Positions 30,701 through 41,471 of a stretch of DNA of 64,000 nucleotides are shown here, piece by piece (position 1 is the stretch's first letter; every line of letters starts with the position of its first letter). This DNA comes from an uncultured virus (IMG/VR IMGVR_UViG_3300044912_000278) (lineage: Duplodnaviria > Heunggongvirae > Uroviricota > Caudoviricetes). The stretch lies in IMG/VR virus record IMGVR_UViG_3300044912_000278, one strand, 5' to 3'. Under the pieces are notes generated by a model. The model saw only the letters and a program-made list of their open reading frames with translations. It was not told the origin of the DNA and searched no databases. The position numbers were made by a program, and so were the translations under genes.

Positions 30701-33700
30701 GACGGATGTTTGATACCAGAAACACCTACTAAGTTAGGTATCTGGCCAAAATATGAACCAAAAATATTCTTAGATACTACATTATTAACTCCTTCAAGAA
30801 TGATACAAGGACATGACGGTAGTTTAATATTAGCATATAACGACTATAGAGATGATTTGATTTTAGAATTAGAAAAGAGAATTTATAATAACATTAAAAT
30901 TAAATATGATCCTACTATTTTTGATATATGTGATATGATTCCTAGTTATGCTCGAACTACTGATTATAGCTTAGACGAATTTAATTTAGTGTTATCTGCA
31001 AACTATTATCAATGGTCAACACATGTTAAAAAAGATTTTTCAATACCTTCATTACCTGGAACTAGAAATAATCCTTTTACATTTAATTATAGCAGCAATT
31101 TTGCTCCAGATGGTCGACCAACACCTGGATTTTGGAGAGGTATTTATCAATGGGTGTATGATACTGATCGTCCACACTTATGCCCGTGGGAGATGCTAGG
31201 AATTAGCGAAGAACCAATTTGGTGGAGTACAGTATACGGATTGGCACCGTACACTAGTGATAATTTAGTGATGTGGAATGATATTAGTAACGGATTGGTA
31301 AAAGAGCCAGATCAACCAATTGTTAAGAAAACTAAATTTGTTAAATCTTTTTTGATGAATTATTTGCCCGTTGACAGCAATGGTCGATTAGTTAGTCCAT
31401 TAACAAATAATATTGCTAGCGGAACATCATCAAGTGATGTTCAATTATCCTTTAAGTTTGGTGATGTATCGCCAACTGAAGCTGCTTGGAGACGTCATTC
31501 ACATTATCCATTTAGCGTATTAAAAACACTATTATTATTAAAACCTGCAATGACAATGGGATTAACACTAGATAGAAACCGAATTGTTCGAAATTTAACA
31601 GATCAATTAATATATTTAGATACTGGTGTACGTATTAGACTGGCTGATATTAAATTGCCGAGTGTGTATTTAAGTAGCACCCGGGTACAAACTGCAGGTC
31701 TTATAAATTATTTGGTAAATTATATTGATTGTAATGAATTGTCGTTATACAATGAATATAAAAATAATTTATCAAAAGTAACTGCGCAGTTATGTTATCG
31801 TGTTGGTGCATTTACTAGTAAAGAAAAGTTTAATTTATTATTAGAATCAAAATCACCGTCGTCAGTTGGCAATATTTTTATACCACCAGAAGATTATAAA
31901 GTAATAATGAATACGTCATCTCCGATTGCATCATTAGTATATAGCGGTGTTACTATTACTAAAGTAGAAGGTGGATTCGAAGTTACCGGATATAGCAAAA
32001 CCCAACCGTATTTTACATACTATGCTAGTTATTATAGCGGTTCAACTATTACAGTTGGCGGTATTTCTGCAGTATATTCCGTATGGACACCGTACCATTA
32101 TTATGTAGTTGGATTTGTAGTTAAGTATAACAATTCATATTGGCAAACTAAAATTTCACATAATTCAACTGAATATTTTTCAATAGATCATTTCACACTG
32201 TTACCATCTATTCCGATTGTTGGTGGTTCTAAGGTTGAATTTAGAACACGTTGGGAGTCTACTGAAATAATTGTACCATATGGTACTAAATTTTCGTCAA
32301 TACAAGAAGTAACAGATTTTTTATTAGGTTATGGAAAATGGTTAACAGATCAAGGATTTGTATTTGATGACTATAACGATCAGTTAGGGTCAGTATCCAA
32401 TTGGGAAACTAGTGCTAAAGAATTTATTTTTTGGACTGCAAACAATTGGGGAGTATCTCAACAGTTATGGGATGATTGGGTACCGGATATGTTAATTACC
32501 TTTGATACAATTGTTCGATATACCGGAGATTATTATCGTGCAATTAGAACAATGCAAGAACCAGTATTTAATGAGACTGATTATGAATTAATAAACGGTC
32601 TTAGTTCTAATGGAAATTCAGTCATAACACTAAGTCCGGCTGCAACTAAACTGCAATTTAAAACTATTTTAAGTGTAGTAGACGATATTACTAATCCGGA
32701 TTATGTGTATGAGATGTTTAATGCGCAAGGTAGTCCAATTCATTCTAATCTAGTAAATTCATATAGGTCAGGTAACATAGTAAGTTATTCCACTACTGAT
32801 ATTAACGCATACATTTATTGTGCTAGTTTTTACTTAGTGCAAAAAGAACATGTTATTGTGATGAATAATGCAACTATGTTTAATGATGTAGTTTATAATC
32901 CAGAAAGTGGATATAAACAAGACAAAATTAAAGTGTCCGGATATGTTAGCATTGAGTGGAATGGCTCATTAAATGTTCCGGGATTTATCGTAGACAGTGC
33001 AATCATACATGAATGGGAAATATGGAAAGATTATTCAGTAGGTGATATTGTTAAACACCAAACATTTTATTATAGTGCAAGTAAATTTTTGTCAGGTACA
33101 CAAAAATTTAATGATTTAGACTGGATTAAGTTAACAGAAAAACCAACTGCAAAATTATTGCCAAACTGGAATTATAAAGCAACTCAATTTACTGATTTCT
33201 ACAGTTTAGATAGTGACAATTTTGATGCAGCTCAACAAAAAATGGCTCAGCATCTTATTGGATACCAAAAAAGACAGTACCTAGAAAATATTATTCAAGA
33301 TGACACTAGTGAATTTAAATTTTATCAAGGTATGATAATTGAAAAAGGTACAACAAATGTTCTTAACAAACTTTTTGATGTTTTGAGTCTCGATGGTCAA
33401 GAAAGTATGGAGTTTTATGAAGAATGGGCAATTAGAACCGGACAATACGGCGCAAGTTCAGCATATAATACTGTTGAATTTATATTAGACGAGGCATTAA
33501 TAAGAACTAATCCGCAAGGAGTTGAATTAGTTACGACTACACAACAACTTGATGATCGTATTATTCGACAAATTCCGTCTGATGTGTATGTAAAACCATT
33601 AGGATATACTCCGTATATTTGGCCTGCATTATCGTCAACGTCATCTATATTACGATCAAGCGGCCATGTTAGAGCTGATGAAGTAACAGTTACCATTCGA

Positions 33701-36700
33701 TCACCTGAAGAGTTAACGACCCTTGATCCATCAGTATTACCTATTAACTCGTATGTGTTATGTACCTTTGAAAATGCAAGTTGGAATGTGTACCAAATTA
33801 TATCATCTAAGTTATCACTTATTGCAATAACAATGATAGATGATACCACTGTAGAAATAACAGTTAATTCTTACATTAATTTTGATGTTGATTCATATGT
33901 TGGTATTAAACACAACTCGTTTAATTCATTTTATAAAGTAGTAAGTATCGGAACAAACAATTTTAGAATTAACATAGCTGGATTAAAGATTCCGACTAAT
34001 GTTAAAACTATTTCACTTGTTACTGCAAAATCTCGTCGTGTAAGTTCAATTGATAATATGAATTATACGTTAGCAGATTTAGGAACATCATCATTATTAT
34101 GGGCAGATAACACATTAGCTAATGATCAGACATGGGCAACTTGGAAACATCAATCTGTTTATACAAGAAATACGGTGTTTAATCAACAGTTAATTGATAA
34201 TTTAAAATTTGGAAAAAGCGTTGCATCAACTGCAGACGGTAACTTAGCAGCAATCACAACTGCGCTTGGCGAGGTTATGATCTACGATAGGTTAGGTAGT
34301 TCTAAACCATGGACTCTCCGCCAAGTAATTAATAAACCGTTTATATCATCAGTTACTCCTATTGCAGACACAATTGCAACTGTTGTTGCTATATCTAAAG
34401 ATGGTAAATGGCTAGCAACTGGATCACCAACTGCTAGTTTTGCAACGGTGTCGATGCCAATGACTGGTTTAAATGTAACTGATATTAACGGTTTAAATAC
34501 CGAGTATCCTGGGCAAGGTGTTGTGTCAATATACGAAAACACCAATAACATGTTTACATTAGTTAACACAGTTACGAGCCCAATGCCACAGTCGCATGAA
34601 AATTTTGGATTAACTTTAGAATTTAGTATCGGTGCATCGCAATCATTGTTTGTAGGAACATCTCGTAGTTATAGTACAGTTTATCGATTGCAGTATATAG
34701 AAACAATCCGTGCAGGTACATTGTATAATCCAAATGGCAGTACTTCAACTTCTATTCAAGTTTCGACAACTGTTGATATTGTACCTGGCATGCGTATTAG
34801 AGGTACAAATATTGATAACATTGTAACCGATGTTATTGATGATACAACTATCGTTCTTAATACGCCGTTGTCTGCAGATCCTGATGGTAATTTAATATTT
34901 TCTACATTAGAATGGAACTATTGTAATGAAGTATATTATAACGATCAGCCTGGTAGCAACTATGGTAAATTAATTAGGGTGTCAGCCGATGGCGCCATTT
35001 TAGTAATTTCTGCACCATATGGGTATGGGGTGTTTAGTTCCGGTCAGGTATACATATATGAATACGATATTATGTTAAATTCTTACATACTGTTAACGAC
35101 GTTGTCATCAACTAGTTCAAATTCACATAGTATTATGATGGAACAGTATGGTCAAAGTATTACGGTATCAAATAACGGTGAATACATAGCAGTATCAACA
35201 CAAATGAACACGTACACAGTTAACAGTAACTTACAGTGGGTACAGATGGCATCAATCGGAATAGTGTATATTTATGAACGTAACGGAAGTGACTATAACT
35301 TGTATTATGAACCGATTGCTGCATCAGATATTACTAGCGGCTTTGGTACAGACATTCAATTCACAAATGATTATTCAACACTTGTAATTTATAGTCAAAA
35401 TACAGATAACACACACCGAATGTCTATTGATGCTGGCACAACTACATTTGATGCAGCAGAATTAGATACGATTAATACTACTACTATTACATATACACTT
35501 ACTGAGTTTGGCGGCATTGACGTCTATGATCGGTATGGACTGAGTTGGGTTATTAGTGAACGATTAACTACTTTATCATTATCTGAAGATGGATACGGAA
35601 CATCTATTGTTGCAACACCGGACAGTATACTAGTTAGTTCACCGTTTGCAGAAACTAGAGTTTCACAGTACATTAATTTGCAAACTGGCATCGTATACGA
35701 TTATGTTAAACCGACCAACCAGTACAGTTGGACAATAAATCACTATCCTGTTGCCAAACCCGATGTAAAGAAAATTAAACAAGCATTTTTATATAATAGA
35801 TCAACTAACAAATTAATAAAGCATTTAGATCTAGTTGATTCGTTACAAGGTAAAAATTCAAGTATTGCTGATCAGGAAATTAAATTTAAATCGTTTTACG
35901 ATCCAGCAGTATACAGTTCGCAAGTAGACAATCCAACATGGGTTAATGACGGTCTTGTAAATATAGATGATGGAATAGCATGGACTACAAATCAAGTAGG
36001 TGCATTATGGTGGGATTTAAGAACAGCTAAATTTATTGATAGTTATACGGATGATGTAGTTTATAGAAACAGTACATGTAGTACACTTGCATTTGGTGCA
36101 TCGATTGACATATATGAATGGGTTGAAACAGATCTATTACCGTCGGAGTGGGATGCAGAGGCAGACACTGAAGCAGGATTAGCAATTGGTATAAGTGGAA
36201 AGTCGTTATATGGTGATAATGCATTTAGTTACTGTCAACGATATAATAAGTTAACTCAACGTCTTATAAACACTTATTATTTTTGGGTTAAGAATAAAAT
36301 AACAATACCGTCAATTCCGGGAAGAAATTTGTCAGCAAATACGGTATCTAATTTAATTGCAAACCCGCGAGGCGCAGGGTACGAGTATTTGGCATTAACT
36401 GGATTAAATTCGTTTAGTTTAGTAAATGTAAAATCACTATTACATCATACTGATGCGGTATTATCAGTTGAGTTTTGGAATGGCAATACTGTTGATCAAA
36501 ATATTCATTCACAGTGGAAACTTATTAGCACTTCTCCTAGAACAACTATACCTGCAAATATAGAACAAAAATGGTTTGATAGTTTGTGTGGGAAAGATTT
36601 AGGAAATCGAGTAGTGCCTGATCAATCGCTGCCAGTTAAATTGCAATATGGAATTGAAAATCGCCCACGCCAAAGTATGTTTATTAATCAATACGAAGCA

Positions 36701-39700
36701 TTAAAGCAACTAATTGAGCAAACTAACATAGTGTTACGCTCAAATTTAATAGTTGATACTCGTAATATGGCAAACTTGCACAAGTATGATGAACTTCCAA
36801 GTGTAACACGCGGATTATACGACGACATTATTGATACTGATTTAGAATTACGATTTGCAATTGCAAAGTCGTATATTAAACCAGAAATTACACCAATAAT
36901 AACAGATAGTGCAATTACTGGAATTATCGTAGTGTCTCCTGGACGCGGGTATTTAATAGCTCCGTATTTTACAGTTATTGGCAGCGGTACAGGTGCAATT
37001 ATTAAATCGGTAATTAATGTAGCTGGTCAAATCATTGGTTGTGAAATTATAAGATCAGGAGTTGGGTATAATAGTACTACTACATTAGATATTAGAGATT
37101 ATTCATTATTAGTTAAAAGTGATTCTGCATCAAATAACGGATGGAGTATATACGCGTATCAATCAGCTACTGAAACATGGAGTAAGACACTATCTCAAAC
37201 TTATAATACTACCCGATATTGGGATTTAATTGATTGGTATGCAGATGGATATACACAATTTACAGCAATTACTCATTCAATTAATACATATGCTGATTTA
37301 AATTTGATTAGTGTTAAAATTGGAGAACATGTAAAAATAAACACAACAAGTTCAAATCGATGGGTTCTGTTAAAAAAATATGCAAATGTAACATCAGTTG
37401 ACTGGACACTTTCATATAAAGTTATTGGTAGTCAAAACGGTACAATTCAATTTAACTCATTATTATATGATTTTAACGATACAGTAATTGGGTATGATGG
37501 ATTGTTGTATGATTCTGGAGTATTTGATAACGGCGCATCAACCGAGTTACGGATAATTTTAAATTCAATAAAGGACGATTTATTAATTGACGACTTAAAA
37601 TCACAATATTTAAGTTTATTTTTCTCTAGCATTCGATATGCAATGTCTGAACAGACATATATTGATTGGATTTTTAAAACAAGTTTTGTTAATGTGACTC
37701 ACAAAGTCGGTAATTTACATCAGTCAGTTACATATCGTAATGATAATTTATCAAATTTTGAGGATTACGTATCAGAAGTAACACCGTATAGAAGTCAAAT
37801 TAGAGAATATGTAAGTTTATATAATAATATTGATGTAGGTAAATTTGCAGTAACCGATTTTGATATGCCACCTGCAATTATCAATGGTAGTATTGCCCCT
37901 GTAGTTGCGGTAATTAACAGTGATGATGAAATTATAGTATCCTCTGGAAATATAGATAGTTATCCATGGAAAAGTTGGGCCGATACTGTAGGTTTTTCAG
38001 TAGTATCAATAAAATTATTAGATGGAGGTTCTGGATATGTGTCTGAACCGACTATTAAAATTTCTGGAGCATCCGGTTCAGATGCTCATGCAACTGCATT
38101 TATTTTAAATGGTAAAGTAAATCGAATTAATTTGATAACATATGGCTCAAAATATTTGTCAATACCGACTATTTCGTTTGAAGGTGGGTTACGTGCAGGC
38201 GGAGTTTCTGCAAGCGCAATTGCAATTTTAGGAAACAGTGTTGTCCGATCTAATCTAGTTGCTGTTAAATTTGATAGAGTTACATCAACATACGATGCAA
38301 TTACATTATCTCATACAGAAACATTTGTTGGAACCGGATCAAAATTGCAATTTCCGTTAATATGGGTTCCGAATGTACAAATTGGGTATTCTAGCGTAAC
38401 AGTTAATGGAATTTCGGAATTGCGTGATAACTATACACTTCGAATTGTTACTTCTAATATTAACGGAACTGTAAAGTATTCTGGATCAATAACATTTGTA
38501 ACAGCACCACCTGTTGGATACGAAATTAATGTAACATATATGAAAGACGTGTCGATGTTAACAGCTGCTGATCGTATCCAGTATTTTTATAATTCTCCAG
38601 ATGGCGGATTAGGACATGAACTATCACAGTTAATGACCGGTGTTGAATACGCCGGTGTGATACTTAGCGGAAAAGATGTTAATACTGCAAACGGTTGGGG
38701 AAGTGGCGGTTATTATACTGATAAATGGGATAGTTATAAATCGGTAATTGATGATTACAGTATAACAGTGTCTGCTGATGTGCATGATATTCAAATGCCA
38801 TATGTACCAGTAGTTGGTACTATGCTAAATGTATATTATTATCCAGTAAGTATTGCAGATACATTTAATACTGATGGTAGAACGTTAACTTACACCTATT
38901 CTAATTATGAACAAGTTCCGACTGTTAATTTATATAAGGTTGTATCAACTTCATTAGTAACTGCAGCTTTAAGTGATATAATTTATGTAACTTCGGTATA
39001 CGGCATTAATGTTGGTGATACAGTTACTGATTTTACTAATATCAAATGGACTAAATTATTAAAAGCAACGTCTACTAGTATTGCTAACGGACATTATTAT
39101 GTAACATTATCATCGATTGATCAGTTAACTATCGGTATGCCGTTATTATTCTTAGGTAATGAATTTAGCAATTTGCAAGACGGATATACATATTATGTTA
39201 AAACTATCAGTGCTACTAACCGTATTACAATTAGTGGCACAGTAAGCGGACCTGAAATTGTATTAACTGCTGATACCGGTAGTATGACAGTAGTAGTTGG
39301 TGCATTCAAGTATGATACTACTGTAATTGAAGTTAATAAAATAACTAATGCTGTAACATTATCTCAACCAGTAAGTACTATTATATTAGAAAATACTTCA
39401 TTAAAATTTGGTCGAACATTGTCAAAGTATCAAGATTTAGCAAATATCAGTAGAACTAAATTTACATTAATGAAAAAATTACCAATTGGCATGATTATAG
39501 AAGTATCGGGTACAAGAGAAGCTATTAGACTTGATGATGATAATTATGGTAATATAACTACTATACCTAAAAATACTAATGCAATCATGTCACCGTATAT
39601 TGCAGACGGTACCGGCGATATGATTATTATACCTACTAATTATGTAGATGTATACGGAAACACTCGTACATTTACTGTTTCAGCAGGTGACAGGTTTGTG

Positions 39701-40813
39701 ATTCGTAAATCAACTAGTAGCGGCTCTGAAGAATTAATTGATATCGATTCTGCTATTTCGGGGGGCACTTTTGCAATTGGCTCAGCTGCTGGGATTGCAG
39801 CTGATGACATTATCATCGATGGCGATATGTTAACAAATCAAGACACGCACGCCGGACCTGAAGAAGTAGTACCCGGACAGGTAATTGATGCAGTTGCTAT
39901 TACTATATTTGATACAAACGTATCCGGATCGTACATGCAGTTTAAAGACATGTTAAATCGTACACATTTTAAACGGTTAAACGCATTTAAATATACTACA
40001 TTAACTACAGCTATATCACAAACTAGTACTACTATAACAGTAGCTGATGCAACAACGTTTGATTTACCAAATCCAACAGGTAATAAACCGGGTGTAATTT
40101 ATGTTAACGGTGAACGAATTGAGTTTTTTACAATTACCGGAAATGTATTAGGGCAATTGCGTAGAGGTACATTAGGAACTAGTATTCCTGTAACCCATCC
40201 GATAGGTACTAATGTACAAGAAATTAGTACCGGCGAATCGATGCCGGTATCTGATCAAATTATTATGGACCAGTATGAATCAGATGGTACTAATTTACTT
40301 ACTATTGCAATTTCTCCTACTAAATCAAAAGATATTTGGAAAACATCAATACCTAATGCTGCATCATACGGCCAATGTAACGACATTGATGTATATATTG
40401 GCGGATATGACGAATCAATATGGGGGTCGTTAGTTTCATATACTGACGGAATGATAGTTAAACACAATAGCTATACATATAGATGTGTCGAAGATCACAT
40501 TAGCAGTAGTAGCTTTAGTACAGATATTTCTAAATGGATATTTTTTATTGGTAATATAAAATTAAAAAAATCTCCATACAGTATACATAATAGTAATATT
40601 AATGCAACAAGTCCCGAGGGTGATATTGCGTTTGATGCTGATTTTTCAGTAGATGGTAAATCTAAGCAAATTCGATTAACTAATGTTTTACCGATTGGAA
40701 CTCAAGTTACTGTTATTAAACGGACAGGAATGTCTTGGAACTTACCAACTACATCTGCAGTTATATCAACGTTCTTAAATGCAGTACCTGGAAGTCAGTA
40801 TCTTAACAATTAA
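27746..40813 (+). CDS. Giant 4355-aa virion structural protein (baseplate wedge, gp7-like position)
   Basis: Uninterrupted 13-kb ORF coupled to gp6; beta-rich; G.GY...P repeats, propeller-like FG/YG repeats, W...Y..GD.V repeats. Confidence 0.75.
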   Translation: MVNKKITLPRSTATDTSNSDNTANFLPSYYRTDTNKKFLHATINQLTQPGTVKKVNGYIGRLNAKASSSADIFINAPTQVRQNYQLEPGLVITDNIDNTVYLKDYQDYINQLRVNGANVFDHSRLNNQEFYSWDPHIDWDKFVNFQDYYWLPNGPNTISISHAATTDQSVFTVTIDTAGLDSAYVFTPNGFNRNPTITLYRGKTYEFNIHSTDNVFSFKTIRTEGTLNRYITPTLDNNSITSGKIIFTVPYNAPDVLFYVSESNIDLGGTISILDINTSGFIDVATEIIGKQSFQMPNGKLLSNGMCLLFTGEVTPALYATGKFYVEGVGTAIKLIPERDLEIIAPYTTSEMILFDATPFDTTPFSDATTFAGNPDYIVINRSSTDKNQWSRYNKWFHKSVIETSAAINGITATVDQSMRAVRPIIEFDANLKLFNFGTTAITDISIIDRYTTDAFSTIEGSLGHTVDNIPLQHGQRIIFTADTDQLVANNVYRVEFIDVKHTTDGFGVSNSRQIRLVLELKPSENQVVLVQQGTISQGTMFWYNGNTWISAQQKTKLNQPPLFDVVDSNAISFGNGAVYPGTTFKGTSVFSYKVGTGIADSKLGFPLSYKNINNIGDINFNFTLLTDMFQYDQSSNTITKTTDVGYLIKTVNGHVNYVNGWQTSSVSNVQPAVRIYRNSEMTNNFDIDIFDTLPALIDISVRVYINGMRSPASNWVIKTTATSVTVGQVPLTQYQIVFNTPVLLTDCVTIKVYSRTPINTNGFYEIPINLQHNPLNGVLTEFTLGEVIDHVDSIIDNIYTGTSFVGIFPGLSNLRDLGNVTQFGTKFVQHSGPLSLPMYHLTSANNVINAIEKSRDDYCKFKRAFMVLAETLGVDTHPINHVNLILRTLNADVPATAPYYFSDMVPYGAYSKIDVTVRDPESNIFSLSKVFSLSELSTSAVLIYVNDRQLLHGKDYTFSNQGFVIVTALLNVADVVSVYEYSTTDGCLIPETPTKLGIWPKYEPKIFLDTTLLTPSRMIQGHDGSLILAYNDYRDDLILELEKRIYNNIKIKYDPTIFDICDMIPSYARTTDYSLDEFNLVLSANYYQWSTHVKKDFSIPSLPGTRNNPFTFNYSSNFAPDGRPTPGFWRGIYQWVYDTDRPHLCPWEMLGISEEPIWWSTVYGLAPYTSDNLVMWNDISNGLVKEPDQPIVKKTKFVKSFLMNYLPVDSNGRLVSPLTNNIASGTSSSDVQLSFKFGDVSPTEAAWRRHSHYPFSVLKTLLLLKPAMTMGLTLDRNRIVRNLTDQLIYLDTGVRIRLADIKLPSVYLSSTRVQTAGLINYLVNYIDCNELSLYNEYKNNLSKVTAQLCYRVGAFTSKEKFNLLLESKSPSSVGNIFIPPEDYKVIMNTSSPIASLVYSGVTITKVEGGFEVTGYSKTQPYFTYYASYYSGSTITVGGISAVYSVWTPYHYYVVGFVVKYNNSYWQTKISHNSTEYFSIDHFTLLPSIPIVGGSKVEFRTRWESTEIIVPYGTKFSSIQEVTDFLLGYGKWLTDQGFVFDDYNDQLGSVSNWETSAKEFIFWTANNWGVSQQLWDDWVPDMLITFDTIVRYTGDYYRAIRTMQEPVFNETDYELINGLSSNGNSVITLSPAATKLQFKTILSVVDDITNPDYVYEMFNAQGSPIHSNLVNSYRSGNIVSYSTTDINAYIYCASFYLVQKEHVIVMNNATMFNDVVYNPESGYKQDKIKVSGYVSIEWNGSLNVPGFIVDSAIIHEWEIWKDYSVGDIVKHQTFYYSASKFLSGTQKFNDLDWIKLTEKPTAKLLPNWNYKATQFTDFYSLDSDNFDAAQQKMAQHLIGYQKRQYLENIIQDDTSEFKFYQGMIIEKGTTNVLNKLFDVLSLDGQESMEFYEEWAIRTGQYGASSAYNTVEFILDEALIRTNPQGVELVTTTQQLDDRIIRQIPSDVYVKPLGYTPYIWPALSSTSSILRSSGHVRADEVTVTIRSPEELTTLDPSVLPINSYVLCTFENASWNVYQIISSKLSLIAITMIDDTTVEITVNSYINFDVDSYVGIKHNSFNSFYKVVSIGTNNFRINIAGLKIPTNVKTISLVTAKSRRVSSIDNMNYTLADLGTSSLLWADNTLANDQTWATWKHQSVYTRNTVFNQQLIDNLKFGKSVASTADGNLAAITTALGEVMIYDRLGSSKPWTLRQVINKPFISSVTPIADTIATVVAISKDGKWLATGSPTASFATVSMPMTGLNVTDINGLNTEYPGQGVVSIYENTNNMFTLVNTVTSPMPQSHENFGLTLEFSIGASQSLFVGTSRSYSTVYRLQYIETIRAGTLYNPNGSTSTSIQVSTTVDIVPGMRIRGTNIDNIVTDVIDDTTIVLNTPLSADPDGNLIFSTLEWNYCNEVYYNDQPGSNYGKLIRVSADGAILVISAPYGYGVFSSGQVYIYEYDIMLNSYILLTTLSSTSSNSHSIMMEQYGQSITVSNNGEYIAVSTQMNTYTVNSNLQWVQMASIGIVYIYERNGSDYNLYYEPIAASDITSGFGTDIQFTNDYSTLVIYSQNTDNTHRMSIDAGTTTFDAAELDTINTTTITYTLTEFGGIDVYDRYGLSWVISERLTTLSLSEDGYGTSIVATPDSILVSSPFAETRVSQYINLQTGIVYDYVKPTNQYSWTINHYPVAKPDVKKIKQAFLYNRSTNKLIKHLDLVDSLQGKNSSIADQEIKFKSFYDPAVYSSQVDNPTWVNDGLVNIDDGIAWTTNQVGALWWDLRTAKFIDSYTDDVVYRNSTCSTLAFGASIDIYEWVETDLLPSEWDAEADTEAGLAIGISGKSLYGDNAFSYCQRYNKLTQRLINTYYFWVKNKITIPSIPGRNLSANTVSNLIANPRGAGYEYLALTGLNSFSLVNVKSLLHHTDAVLSVEFWNGNTVDQNIHSQWKLISTSPRTTIPANIEQKWFDSLCGKDLGNRVVPDQSLPVKLQYGIENRPRQSMFINQYEALKQLIEQTNIVLRSNLIVDTRNMANLHKYDELPSVTRGLYDDIIDTDLELRFAIAKSYIKPEITPIITDSAITGIIVVSPGRGYLIAPYFTVIGSGTGAIIKSVINVAGQIIGCEIIRSGVGYNSTTTLDIRDYSLLVKSDSASNNGWSIYAYQSATETWSKTLSQTYNTTRYWDLIDWYADGYTQFTAITHSINTYADLNLISVKIGEHVKINTTSSNRWVLLKKYANVTSVDWTLSYKVIGSQNGTIQFNSLLYDFNDTVIGYDGLLYDSGVFDNGASTELRIILNSIKDDLLIDDLKSQYLSLFFSSIRYAMSEQTYIDWIFKTSFVNVTHKVGNLHQSVTYRNDNLSNFEDYVSEVTPYRSQIREYVSLYNNIDVGKFAVTDFDMPPAIINGSIAPVVAVINSDDEIIVSSGNIDSYPWKSWADTVGFSVVSIKLLDGGSGYVSEPTIKISGASGSDAHATAFILNGKVNRINLITYGSKYLSIPTISFEGGLRAGGVSASAIAILGNSVVRSNLVAVKFDRVTSTYDAITLSHTETFVGTGSKLQFPLIWVPNVQIGYSSVTVNGISELRDNYTLRIVTSNINGTVKYSGSITFVTAPPVGYEINVTYMKDVSMLTAADRIQYFYNSPDGGLGHELSQLMTGVEYAGVILSGKDVNTANGWGSGGYYTDKWDSYKSVIDDYSITVSADVHDIQMPYVPVVGTMLNVYYYPVSIADTFNTDGRTLTYTYSNYEQVPTVNLYKVVSTSLVTAALSDIIYVTSVYGINVGDTVTDFTNIKWTKLLKATSTSIANGHYYVTLSSIDQLTIGMPLLFLGNEFSNLQDGYTYYVKTISATNRITISGTVSGPEIVLTADTGSMTVVVGAFKYDTTVIEVNKITNAVTLSQPVSTIILENTSLKFGRTLSKYQDLANISRTKFTLMKKLPIGMIIEVSGTREAIRLDDDNYGNITTIPKNTNAIMSPYIADGTGDMIIIPTNYVDVYGNTRTFTVSAGDRFVIRKSTSSGSEELIDIDSAISGGTFAIGSAAGIAADDIIIDGDMLTNQDTHAGPEEVVPGQVIDAVAITIFDTNVSGSYMQFKDMLNRTHFKRLNAFKYTTLTTAISQTSTTITVADATTFDLPNPTGNKPGVIYVNGERIEFFTITGNVLGQLRRGTLGTSIPVTHPIGTNVQEISTGESMPVSDQIIMDQYESDGTNLLTIAISPTKSKDIWKTSIPNAASYGQCNDIDVYIGGYDESIWGSLVSYTDGMIVKHNSYTYRCVEDHISSSSFSTDISKWIFFIGNIKLKKSPYSIHNSNINATSPEGDIAFDADFSVDGKSKQIRLTNVLPIGTQVTVIKRTGMSWNLPTTSAVISTFLNAVPGSQYLNN

Positions 40814-40861
40814 ACTAACAGTTAATATTACTTGATAAATATATGATAAAGAGAGAACACT

Positions 40862-41470
40862 ATGCAGAATAAAGATATAACAGGATTACATATAGAAGGA
40901 CACATTAAAATATATGATCCCATTAGTAAAGAAGTATATGTGAATAAACGAAATGCAATTCATTACGAAAATATAAGTATTGCATTAGCAAAAAGTATAG
41001 CTGACAGAGGACAGGGATTTATTTATGAAATGGGGTTCGGTAATGGCGGAACAACCGTTGACCCAACTGGCATTATTACATATTTAACACCTAATAGTTC
41101 AGGTTCAAATGCAAGTTTGTATAATGAAACATATTTAAAAATTGTAAATGATCGGTCTATTAATAATACTGATCCTACTAGAAATTTTATTGAAACTCGC
41201 CATGTTACTGGAATGAATTATACTGATGTATTTGTTACATGTTTATTAGATTATACAGAACCAACCGGTCAAGAGGCATTTGACACATCGTCAAGTAACA
41301 ACGGAACATTTGTTTTTGACGAATTAGGATTAAAATCATACAATGCAGACGGCACTAGTATGTTATTAACTCACGTTATTTTTCATCCTGTACAAAAATC
41401 ATTAAATCGATTAATACAGATTGATTATACCGTTCGTATACAAAGTTTAACAAGTATAGCAGGAGTATAA
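40862..41470 (+). CDS. Virion structural protein (baseplate/fibre attachment, putative)
   Basis: 202 aa; FDELGL and LTHVIFHPVQKS motifs; ATAAATA at 40835-41. Confidence 0.6.
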   Translation: MQNKDITGLHIEGHIKIYDPISKEVYVNKRNAIHYENISIALAKSIADRGQGFIYEMGFGNGGTTVDPTGIITYLTPNSSGSNASLYNETYLKIVNDRSINNTDPTRNFIETRHVTGMNYTDVFVTCLLDYTEPTGQEAFDTSSSNNGTFVFDELGLKSYNADGTSMLLTHVIFHPVQKSLNRLIQIDYTVRIQSLTSIAGV

Positions 41471-41471
41471 T

